49,713 nucleotides of DNA from Girardia tigrina (taxonomy: Eukaryota), in contig MQRK01184077.1 of the NCBI GenBank assembly GCA_001938485.1, forward strand, positions 66,517 through 116,229, written 5' to 3'. The notes under the pieces were generated by a model that saw nothing but the letters and a program-made list of their open reading frames with translations, was not told where the DNA came from and did not search any database. Shown here piece after piece: positions 27,505-39,600 of the stretch (the stretch's first letter is position 1; the number at the start of each line of letters is the position of its first letter). Made by a program: the position numbers and the translations under genes.

Positions 27505-30500
27505 ACTCATAGAAATTTGTGTTGGATAAATTACAATCGCATAACTGCTGTTGTATTAATTTTTGGGTATCTAATACATTGCTTCACGTTGAATTTCGAA
27601 TTGTTAGCATTCTGGAATAACTTTTTAACATTCAATTTTAAAATGGTAATAATAAATTAATTATACAGGGTGATCATAAAGTAACTACCGTGTTTTAAAC
27701 TGCAATAACTTTTGAATTATATTGTATATCTTTTTAATTATAAAGGCATCTTGAAGCTTATTCTTTAAAATTTAATTAAAAGTACATTTTGTTTAAATGT
27801 ATTAATTGTTGTTATTGTTTTAAGCATAAGATTCAAAATGGATGTAAATCAGCTTGTAAAAATCAAAATCAGCTTGTTATTTTATTTGCGGAGTATGAGT
27901 CAGGGACTTTAGTAAGAAGAGAACTTCAACGACTTAAATGGAAAAATATTCCAACCGAAAAAAAGTATTAGAAGCATCATCAAAAAGTTTGAAGAAACAG
28001 GAAGCGTTCTAAATGCCCCAAAATCTGGAAGACCACCAATTGATGATGAAAAGAAAATTGAGATAGCAGAACATTTTAAGCAAGAACCCCAATCTTCTAT
28101 CAGGAAATCGTTGTCAACTCTGAATTGCTCTTATGGAACTGTTCAAAAAGTATTACGAAACGACTTAAAAATGTTCCCCTACATAATTCAAGCCACGCAA
28201 CTTTTGTATGAAGAAGATGCGCTCTTAGACATGTTATGTGTGAAACATTAATTCAATCGATAGATGCAGATGAAAATTTTCTTAGTAACCTGATATTCTC
28301 TGATGAGTCAACTTTCCATCTAAACGGCATTGTAAACATACATAACTGTCACATTCCGGGCACTGAAACACCAACCGAAACATATCAGAAGTCAAAGGCT
28401 AGTGAAAAAGTTAATGTTTAGATTGGGTTGTCTTCAACTCATGTTTATGGGCTCTTTTATTGAAGGAAACATAACAGCGGCGCTTTACCTGGATATGTTA
28501 AAAAGTTGCTTTATGCCATCGTTATCAAGAACATGCAAACGAAAGCTGTGTTCCAGCAAGATAGAGTACCTGCCTATTATTCACTGATTGTGCGAAAGTT
28601 TGTGGATGAAGTGTTTCCACAACGTTGGCTGGGACGATGTGATCCATATGTATTGCCGTCCAGGTCACCTGATTTGACACCACTCGATTTTTTGTGGGGT
28701 TATTTGAAGAATGAAGTGTATGAGAGAAAACCAGAAACAATTCAGCAACTTAAAGATTTTATTTGTCAAGAAGCGGCAAAAATAGATGGTGAAATGTCCC
28801 AAAATGCCATTAAGTCTTTTCATGGACGCCTTAAACATTGTACTGATGTCGATGGTTATTCTGTTGAATATTAACCATTTTTTTCATAATTTTTTGCCAA
28901 AAATGTTATTGCAGTTTAAAACCCGGTAGTTAATTTATCATAACCCTGTAAATTATAAATATTTTTTTAAATAAAGAACACATACCAATTTCTATAAACA
29001 ATCATTTTAATATCATCATAACTGTGTATTTAGCGCAAACATAATTTCTACAGAGCATTTAGTAGAGTAAAAGGAGACGAATTTTCGAATCAATTATATA
29101 TTACCGTAAACAATATCTCCCAACGTATTTAACTTTGTGTTTGTTCACGTTTTTAAGCATTGAAGTCATTATTTGTACATAAAATGTATTCCTCTAATGA
29201 GTGTATACTTATCATCGTTTGAGTGATGAAATTATAAATAATTCAGAATATAAAGAATAAATATTATACTTACAAAAAGTTTTATATTAATTGTAATATT
29301 TGTTTCAGGTCTCAACCATGGTGGTTAGTAAACGAAGTATTGACAAAGAACTTGAATATTGTGTTACCCATACCATTATGAGTATTATCGTGACATTTTT
29401 TAATTCTCCATTCTCAGATCAAAACACTGTAATCAAGGTAGTATTTTTATAGTACTAATTGTTGCATAAATCATTCTAATTTGACATCATTTCTCTACTA
29501 AGTATCTTTAGTTCAAAAATATTTATTAATGTGTCTCAATCCATTGTCAATAATAATTATTATATATTTTTGATTTTATATTATTAGTCAATTAATTATA
29601 CTTCTTAAGAACAAGCAAGCTGATGTCATGAATTTACTCCAGAATGTATACCGTCTTTATCAGTGTACCTGGTTCTCAAGTGATCAAAAAAATAACATAT
29701 CATTTTGTCTTAAAACGATTTTGGAAATAAGTGAGTTATTCATCACTATTATTTTATTATTATTACTTTAATTGAAGTGAATTTAAAAAATTATGGTAAA
29801 TGTTTCAAGTTAAAATGTAAACAACATTTTAAAGATTTATTATCATAAAAATGATAAATTTCTACAGATCACCTTTATTCATCAGACCAAACAAATAATG
29901 ATTAAAAGAAAATTGACAATCGTGTAATCATCCTGGTGCGTACGCAGAAAAATATTTCGGGGGTGGGAGAATATAATATTACGCAATATCTATTTTCTTT
30001 TTCCAGTTTTTTATTTTTACAGTTAAAAAATTAAATTAATTATCATTAAAATAATAAAAATTTATAATACCATCGAAGTACCCCTAATACAACTGTTATC
30101 ACTTAGTCATTGTTTATTACTGGCTTCTATAGATAGGAGGATTTCGTTATCTGCAGCATGTTTTAGGTTTTGAGGAAGAACAATGTCTATGTTCTACAAA
30201 ACTTATAGGTAATTAAGATCATAATTAAAATTTTTCGAGGAGGGGGATTTTCTTAAATTTGCATAATATTGATTATTTTGGAAAGTTCACATTTTAAACT
30301 TAAACATTTTAATTTGTTCTTATTAAATGTTATTTAAAAAACTTTGAAGTTATTAGGATTATAATTTAATTTTTTTAGAGGGAGTATTTTTTTTAATTTG
30401 CAAAATATTAATTATTTTGAAAGTTCACCTTTTAAACTTAAGGATTTTAACTTATTCTTATTATTACTCAGTTAAAAAAAACTGAAATGGAATTAAGATT

Positions 30501-33500
30501 TTTTCGGGGGAGGGATTTTTGTAATTTACAAAATATTATTTATTTTGGATAGGTCACATTTTAAATTGTTAAACATTTCAAATCATTTATCCCCCTTATT
30601 CCACCTTGCGTACGCGCCTGTAATCATCAAGTAATCGAATTTTTTATTATTGAATTTTTTTTGATTTGAAGAAAAGTTTTTAAAATTTTTGAAATATATG
30701 AATTTATTGTCACATTACGCCGAGATCTTCTTCTGGAAAGATTATAGGTGGTTCAAATCAGTTACTCTAGGTTTATTCGCTGACTATAGTTGTAAATGAT
30801 ATCTCGATATTCACCTATCATGATTTGTTTCAAAAGTGATACATTGTCATACACTTAATCACAGCTAGATATGTAAGCCAAAGATTCTTTTTACTCAGGT
30901 CATGTACTATATCAACATTCTAAAGCATTTAGAGGTTCTGTATATTCTAGTGTTTCGATATGTTAATTTTCCTTAGTCAATATACTGATGTGATCGCCAT
31001 CTGTAGCAGGATAGGGCTACAATCATTAACTCTAAACTTAGTTAACCACTTCTATACAGTTCTTTTAACTAAATCACCTTCATCATATACATAAAATGGC
31101 TTGTTTGGAATTTCAATTCGAATTATTATATTTTTTTATTATTGTTATTTATTGAAATTTCAAAATTTTACCATTATTTTATTTGGTAACTACTTTTTTT
31201 AATTTATAATAAAATTGCTGAAGTTTGTTAATATTATGTATATTTTTAACTTAGTTAAAGCCAAAGGTTTAATTATACCATTCGACCTGGAACATCAAAT
31301 AAACAAACAGATCATTAAAGATCAAGCTGTCCTTAAGCATTCAAAAACATGGTTAAGTGCAAAAAATAAAAAGGAATTGCAATTGGCTATTGTTGATTTA
31401 GAACATATGCAAAGCATTCAAGAAACCAAAAATGTTATAGACTGTTTACATGTAAGACTTTCGTTAGAATAAAGCAACATTTCAAATGATAATTTAGGAT
31501 ACCATTATCGCTCTTGAGACCCAGCTTCAGCCATTGATGCAAGCAGAGGTTTCTGTACTTGTGAGTGTTTTTCACAGACCAGAGCTTTTGTTTTTAGCCC
31601 ATACAGAAGCAAGAAATAAGTGTGAGAGTGGCGGTTTTATTTCAAGGTTACTTTTATCATTATAATTTTTTTATTTATAAAGTTGAAAATCTTAATTCTA
31701 TCATATTTTATGTTCTATAATAAAATAGAAATTAAAATTAAAAAGTCTTATTATAATTATAAAAAATAAAATTAATTTTGTTTAATATATATATTCAAAA
31801 CTAACTTTGGAAATGTTTTAAGTTTTTAACATAAAGTTCTTCTATCTGTTTGAATGATTATTGTGCTTTATTTTGTTTCTTATAACACTGTAAATGTTGG
31901 AAATAGGTTTACGTACAATATTTATGAGACTGCAAAACTTTATTTAAGGAAGAGATGTTGTGATATGACACATAACTAATGTGATATAGTCATAACTAAA
32001 AATTTTCAATACTTTTGTTGTTTATTATTGTATGAGGAGTTAGTTAAAACTTCACGTCACCAAATAATTTACTTAGAAAATCCAAATTCAATGTTATAAT
32101 TAAATATCAAGAATTAAAAAACAAACTAAATTCAAAAATCCCCAAACCATATACAAAACTTGAAAAAGGCAATTTAAAAATACGAAAAATTAAAAGTATG
32201 TTTCATTCAAAATTTTTCAAAAACATAAAAAAAGTAGAAAAGTTGATCTTAAGAAAACTCAAAAAATAATCTATATTTAATTAAAACATATAAACATTTT
32301 TAAAAAATATTAAAAAAACACTAAGAATGAATAATTTAAAAAATCCCAACAAGTTCAATATATTTGAAAAAAGATGGCAATTTTTTATTATAAACAAATG
32401 AACGCCATTTAAAAATGTATTTTATGATAATATATTTCGACGGTTTAACCGTCATCATCAGATCACTTATTATGTTCTTTTTTATTGCTTTTATATAAGA
32501 AATGAATGATTGTGCAATCACTTACGTAAGTCTAATCGAAAAGTCTTAACAAATTAGTTGAGAGTGCTGTTTGAACATTGATTTTTGGATCACAAAATCT
32601 TATCAACAATGCTTCACATGACACTCTCTCCCAATAATTTTTAAAAGGCTTGCTCAAAATCTTAAAATCATTTATGCTCATATTACATTTACACGTTTTT
32701 GTATGCTCAGCAATATTACTCTTATTATTATATATTAATATTATATATTAATATATTTTATTACTCTGAGAGTAATATTACTGAGCATAAAAAAACGTGT
32801 AAATGTAATATAGAATTTAAAATTAAGTATACTTCCAAACTGTATTGAAAAAGGAAAAGGTTAAATTAAAATTGGAAGCCCGTACCTCGGGCCGGGCGGC
32901 AAGGTACGGGCTACGGGTTTGGGCTACCCTAGATTATTAATGGACAAAGATAAATAATCATTGATCTAATGACGAATGTAAAACCATACAAATGTATCAT
33001 ACATAAATATTATTAATTGTCTTGATTAATTAATTTGGTTTTCAATTATAGCTCTATATTACAATTTACTTCGAATATGGCTTAATAATGAAGTAGAACT
33101 TCGAAAGCAATAAATAAATATATTTCTATCACATTTCCTTAATTGAATATTACTGTTAAATTTTCATTTTAGACTAATCAAGCATACAGAATGTTTACTA
33201 GCGTCAAATGAAGAAAAGTTGTGCATTAAAGTACTTCAAACTCTTAAAATGATGGTTTCTGTTGATACTGAGTTTGATGAAAAGGTTTAATAAAGAATGA
33301 TTTGAAATTTAAATATATATTATTTGTGTAGGCAACCAATTTGAGACAGAAATTACTAACCAAATATTTCGGTAGTAAAGTATCCAAAAATGTTTTAAAA
33401 ATTAGTTCAGTAAAGAAAGAAGAGCAATCAAATATAGCTAATGATGAAATACCGAGATCCATAAATATGTTTTCAGTCGTTGATATTCAAGATTATCTAG

Positions 33501-36036
33501 ATTCTCAGGGGGCTTCAAATCTTATTATTGATCTGATCATTAATCACAGTTCCAATGAAAAAGTTTTTAAAGAAATAATTGAATTCGGGATTGCTTTGCT
33601 AGAAGGAGGCAATTCGAACGTACAAGTTAGTTACAGAGATATCTTATTTTTACTTTATTAAAATTTTGCTTGTTAATTAGTTTAATTTAAGATCTTACTA
33701 CAAATAAGTGGATTACCTGTTAATTTTGTTCACGCCGCATATAGAGCACAATTAGAGTAGAAACTATTTTCTTGCAGCAAAGATCCCTTCACAGATAAAC
33801 GGTTAACACTGATTGGAATACGGCTGTTTTTACTGTGCTCTGAGAAACAACCAACACAAGAGAAGAATCATTCTCCACAAAGACATTGAGTGCAGTTATA
33901 TTTTAAAAGAGAACAATTAAGTTTTAGGACTAGTAGACGTGGAATAATTATATAATCTTCTATACAGTCTCGACCTAAGTGACAACGCCATTTTACATTC
34001 CCAAGGATCAATAAGGTACTATGTGGTCAATTGGTTTCAGCCAATGCCTTCAAATTATTGATTTTGACTCAAATCTGGAATAACTGCTTGAAAATATAGT
34101 TTGAACGAATGCATTTGTACATCAGTCTTTGTGAAAGATCACGGTCAATCTCTTGTCAGCTTTTATTACTATATTTAAAACTATAAATATACTATCAAAT
34201 AACATCGATTTACCAAATTGTCTTGGAATAAAAATTTTAAAGAAATAAAGAAAATTATTATTTTAGTTATATATAATCAAAAATTAAAAACATTCTAACA
34301 ACTTTATTTTAGGAATATTTCAAAGATTCTAGGAATTTAAAACACTTTTTTGAATGAAATTGAACTGTTATTTAATTACACATTTCTTATACTTTTTACG
34401 TCAATATAAAAAAATGATGCATGAGTGAATATAAAAAATAAAATATTCATTGCGACGTAAGTGGATATTTAATAATCAATAACAAGCTAAAATTATGAAC
34501 TTATTTTCATATTTCCAATAATGTAATTCATGGTAATTGTTAGATGAAGTCCATCATTCGGGTGAGAACACATTCTCCATCAAATATAAAATTCATTAGA
34601 TCAATACAAAATTCAAATTCAAATTTTCACCCCACCGTTCAGTATTCAAACAAAAGCTGTTAAAATATTTTAAGAAACGCTGCTTTTGTAATTTTTATCG
34701 ACTTAAACAGGAAAAAAGTTTATATTAATAATAGATTTCTCCCGCGGCACATTATTGTTTTTAAAAAGTAGCTCGACTGTACGATATAAAAATTCAGCGA
34801 ACGGACAAAGTTTCTACTTTATACATACAGTGCGTTTCATATTATTAGAAATACTAGCATCAGAACATATTATTTATTCAAAAATTATTTATTTACATAT
34901 TTAAGATATGCACCGTCTCAAAAAACATCAGAAATATCAATCTCCATAGATCAGTTTCAAAACACTAAAATTTACTGTGACCACCCTTAGCTGCAATAAC
35001 TGTCTTAATCCGATCAGGCATGGTGGCATCAAGTTTGGACCAGGTTTCAGCAACAGAAGTTGTGTTCAATGTACGAACAATATTTACAACTTGTTTCTGG
35101 TTGATATTTGGTGGATGAAGGTCAGCGAGCTTCTGTTTGACAACAGCCCAGAGAGTTTCGATTGGGTTTAAATCATGGCTGTTGCTATACCAGTTCAAAG
35201 GAGTCAACCACTCCATACGGACGAAGAAACTGAATCGTTTAGCTGTATGGCAGGGAGCTCCATCCTGCATAAATGTTCCACTGTCATCTGTGATTCATTC
35301 ATTCATAACACGGTCCTTCAACACATCAAAATATTTCTCCTGGTTCATGATCCCTTCACAAATGTTAAATCTCCATGTACCCATAGGAAATTTCACTCTC
35401 TGAATAAGTGGTTGAGGGGAAACAGGAGTCACCCAAACTTTCTTAGCTTGTCCACCACCAAATTTAAAGCAGGATTCGTCACTGAATGCCACTTTCTTCC
35501 AATCAGTAACTGAACACTTTCGGAATCGCTTGTTGAAGGTTAACCTCTTCTTCCTCGTGGTTAATGTCAACAGAGGCACGGGATGGGGTTTTACTGATTT
35601 GCAACCTGCCTCTTTAACTCTTCTCTAAACTTTTGTCTTGCTAACATTGGTTCCTGATGCTAGTAAATTTTGACGTGAGCTTGAAACTGTGGATAATGGG
35701 TTCCATTTGATTTCACAAGTTAAGCTTCTTACATCAGTGGCATTTGTTTTGCGCTTACGGTCAGATTTCCCAATTATCAGTGAGACCATACCATCCATAT
35801 TTTGTAATTTTTCTATTCTGCTGACATTAGCAATTGAAACATCACATTTAAAAGCAATTTACCTCACTGAATAAGTTTGTTCATTGACAAGTCGATTAAA
35901 TAATGAAAAAACTGAATTATTCAAAAAATTCAAATAATTCAAGGATAGCTAAATATAACATTAATTTGTATTGTATGAATTAATGTTCAAGTACAACCAT
36001 AATGGATTACTGTTTCTAATAATATGAAACGCACAG

Positions 36037-36086
<50 letters not shown>

Positions 36087-36136
36087 NNNNNNNNNNNNNN
36101 NNNNNNNNNNNNNNNNNNNNNNNNNNNNNNNNNNNN

Positions 36137-36181
<45 letters not shown>

Positions 36182-36582
36182 CTGCAACAGAGAAAAGGGA
36201 CCACAAATCGCTGCACAGAAAGCCCATAAATCACCTGTAATAGTGGATTGGTCAATATGGGGCAAAAGTAGTTCTCTATCTATTTCAATAGGTCAATCCA
36301 TGTCTCTGAATACAATATGCATCATTTGTTGTACTGACCTATTTATAGACCTTAACTACCAACTTCAATCTGTGTGTGTAGCAGTGATTTTAATAAACAT
36401 AATGTTTCAATTCGTGTTTTCTCAAAAACAAGTTTTTACGAATATTACAATGTAATATCTGTAGAAGACTCAAATGATAGAATATCAGCATGATTTGTTG
36501 CACAATTGTTAACTATTATGAGACCTACAACGTGGTACTCTTAACTCAGTTTCCTACTTGTGGTCCCTTTTCTCAGCTTTAG

Positions 36583-36635
<53 letters not shown>

Positions 36636-39600
36636 AAAAATAATTTAATAGATTTATTTTGCATGGAATACAAGATGCAGACAAAAACATTGAACAAAAA
36701 CAAACTTTGTTTCACAAATATTTATTTATTCTCAAAAATAAAAACTAAGTTCACTATTACGAGATCTTCAATGTAATCAAATAATAATTTGATTTATTGA
36801 TTTTTTATTAATAATATGTCATTTTTATTATTTAATGAATATTATAACATTCAGTTTTTTTATAGAAATCCTTTTTTGAGCGTCTCTGCCATGACAAATC
36901 ATCCGATAAGTTCTTTCAAGCGTTCAGTAATAACATATCTGAAGCTCAAAATGAAATTAAATCCATGATTATTCATGCCGCCGATAGTAATTCTCAGAAT
37001 TCTACCGATAATATGATGCCCCGTAGACGAGGTGCTTTTCCTTTATTATTTTTTAATGTAGTAAAAAATAAAAATATATAGATTTATTTTGCTATCTATG
37101 GAATTTTTTTATTTATATCTATGAAATTTAGAAACCTATTTTTGAAGGTTTTTTACTCCATCAATTTTCTCAAAACTGCAAATTTACTCATTTTCGATGA
37201 TAATAAATGATAATATGAAAATTTCATCAAAAAAGTTAATTAAGTTAACTAAATTTCAATTTTAAATTCTTCATATTTTACAATGGGTGAGAGGTGTATG
37301 TGTTAGTGTTTTCACGAATGTTGTTCGTCAAGTAGAGTTTTGTCCGCATAAAGCATGAATATAAAAAAATATTTATTTGATTTACTAGTTTTTAAAGGAA
37401 TTTCATTTCCAATTGAGATTTTAAGTCATTTCCTTATACCTTTGTTTTTAGAAAACAATATTTTTAAAAAAATTAAATCTTAAAATATTCTTTTTTTGTG
37501 TTCAGGGTTATTTTGGTATTGCTTGTGTAAATATATAAAAATGTATTCTTATATTGATGAATTTCAACGAAATATTTTATTATATTTTTTATTAACATTC
37601 AATTAATTGATCAATCAATAAATCTTCAAAAGTTTATTATTTGCTGTTAAAATTTTTTAATGCTTTAAGGAAATTGGCGTCTTTAAATTTTTTATGATCT
37701 CAAATTCGATATTTCTTTACACAATGAAAATATATATATTACGCATTGTTTGCGTATTTATTATATGGCAAATTTATCGATGAATCTAATGGAAATTTCA
37801 TAAATGGGGTTTATAAAATAAATGACGTTTCGAAAATTTAATATTTTTTAATTTTAAATTGGTGCAAGTTATCTAGTATTTCGTTACATAATTTAATAGA
37901 ATTAATTTAAATCTGGAACTTGAGTTATTAGATGTTGTTGTATCAGGTGTGGTTCGAAAGGTTTTTACTCATGAACCCTTCGAACCGAAGTGACCATGAA
38001 AAGTTTACTATGTAAAGGTTTCACGAAAATATTGAATTTTTGCACATTATAAATGCTTTCTGTAGTTATTTTAGAATTATTTTGAGGAAATCATTATTTT
38101 TTTCAGTTCGGGACAGAAGTAACATTCCCATTACTCTTCGTCAGCAATTAGACGATGCCGCTATTGAGTCGAATCAGGCTCTAATTTCAGTTCGTAAAAA
38201 TTTGAATAGAAATCTAGTAAACTGTGATCAAAAATTAAACAATGCTGGTGATATAAGTAATTTATCCGATCAAGAAACTTCTTGTGAGCAAATACCAAAT
38301 GAATTTTTCAAAGAAATATCTGAAGAAAACTATCGACTGTCGAACAGTATTATAATTATTGAACCAATTTTTAGATTTCTTCAACTGCTGTGTGAAAATC
38401 ATTACAGAGAATTGCAAGTAATATTATCATGACTTATGTTTTATAATTTATTTAACACATTGAATGCTGAGTACGAGATATCTCGTACTTCAATATTCAT
38501 TAGTTAGACGGTAAGTACGAGATATCTCGTACTTTGGCTTACATTACTAAGACGCTAAAATTATTGTTTGATTTTTATTTGATTATTATAATTTTATAAT
38601 TTTAATTTTATTTTTTTATAATTATTATGATTTTATTTAATTATTTGATTTTTATTCTATAGAATTACATAATTGTCCTATATTTACATCTGAAACACAT
38701 CAATGATAGGGTTTTATCATTCTTCCTATAAGATTTGTATGCAGAGTGTTCAGGCTGTCGACTATGTTTGAACTGTGAATTCTAGCAAAAATTTGTGGAA
38801 TAAGAGGAACAAAAGAAGTTGTAGGATTTCTGCAATTCACTCTGGATTTAAAATATAACAATAAATTTACATTATCTCGATAGTCAATCACGTGTATTTA
38901 TTTATTATTATTAAAAAAATATTCAAATAAAAATTTACATTAATTATTAAAAAATAGAAAATTTATTTCAAAATGATTTTTTATTGTAATTAATTTTTTA
39001 AATTATTTTTTAATAATATTAAAAAATAAAAATAAATAATGGTACAAAAAAATTTAAATAAAAATAAAATTAATTATAAAAAATGTAAAAAAAACTTTTA
39101 ATACAAAAAATATACAAAAATTTTGAATGTTATTTTTTTAATTAATTTTTTAAAATTAAAATAAATCAATAACAATTTTTAATTTTAAATTATCGTACAA
39201 AAATTCAATTTTTAAAAAGTATTATAATTATAAAAAAACATTTATCTTTTTAAAAATTGTTTTTTCAAAAATATTCAAATAAAAATTTATATAATTATTA
39301 AAAATATAACTTTTTAAAATGCTTTTTTATTGTTGCTAATTTTTTAAATTATTTTTTAAATAATATTTACAAAATAAAAATAAATAATGGCACAAAGAAA
39401 TTAAATAAAATTAAAATTAATTATAAAAATGTAAAAAAAACTTTTAAAAAATTACTTTAATCATCGGGAACTTCACACAGACAGAAATCATAATTATATT
39501 ATAGTATTAATTAGTTAAATATTGTAATGGAAATAACAGAAAAGTAGTTTAAATAATCGGAATATTGAGATCAGTTTGAAACTGTTGTGATATAAATAAA

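Noticed and set aside
35961-36455. ORFs rich in YIYI
   Set aside because: Translation of (TA)n microsatellite and an N gap.
38470-38534. CRISPR-like repeat-spacer-repeat
   Set aside because: Only two copies, eukaryotic intron, no cas genes; better explained as a transposon subterminal repeat.
38900-39450. Degenerate duplication with a period of about 355 bp in near-pure AT sequence
   Set aside because: Low complexity; probably internal to a repeat element and not independently informative.
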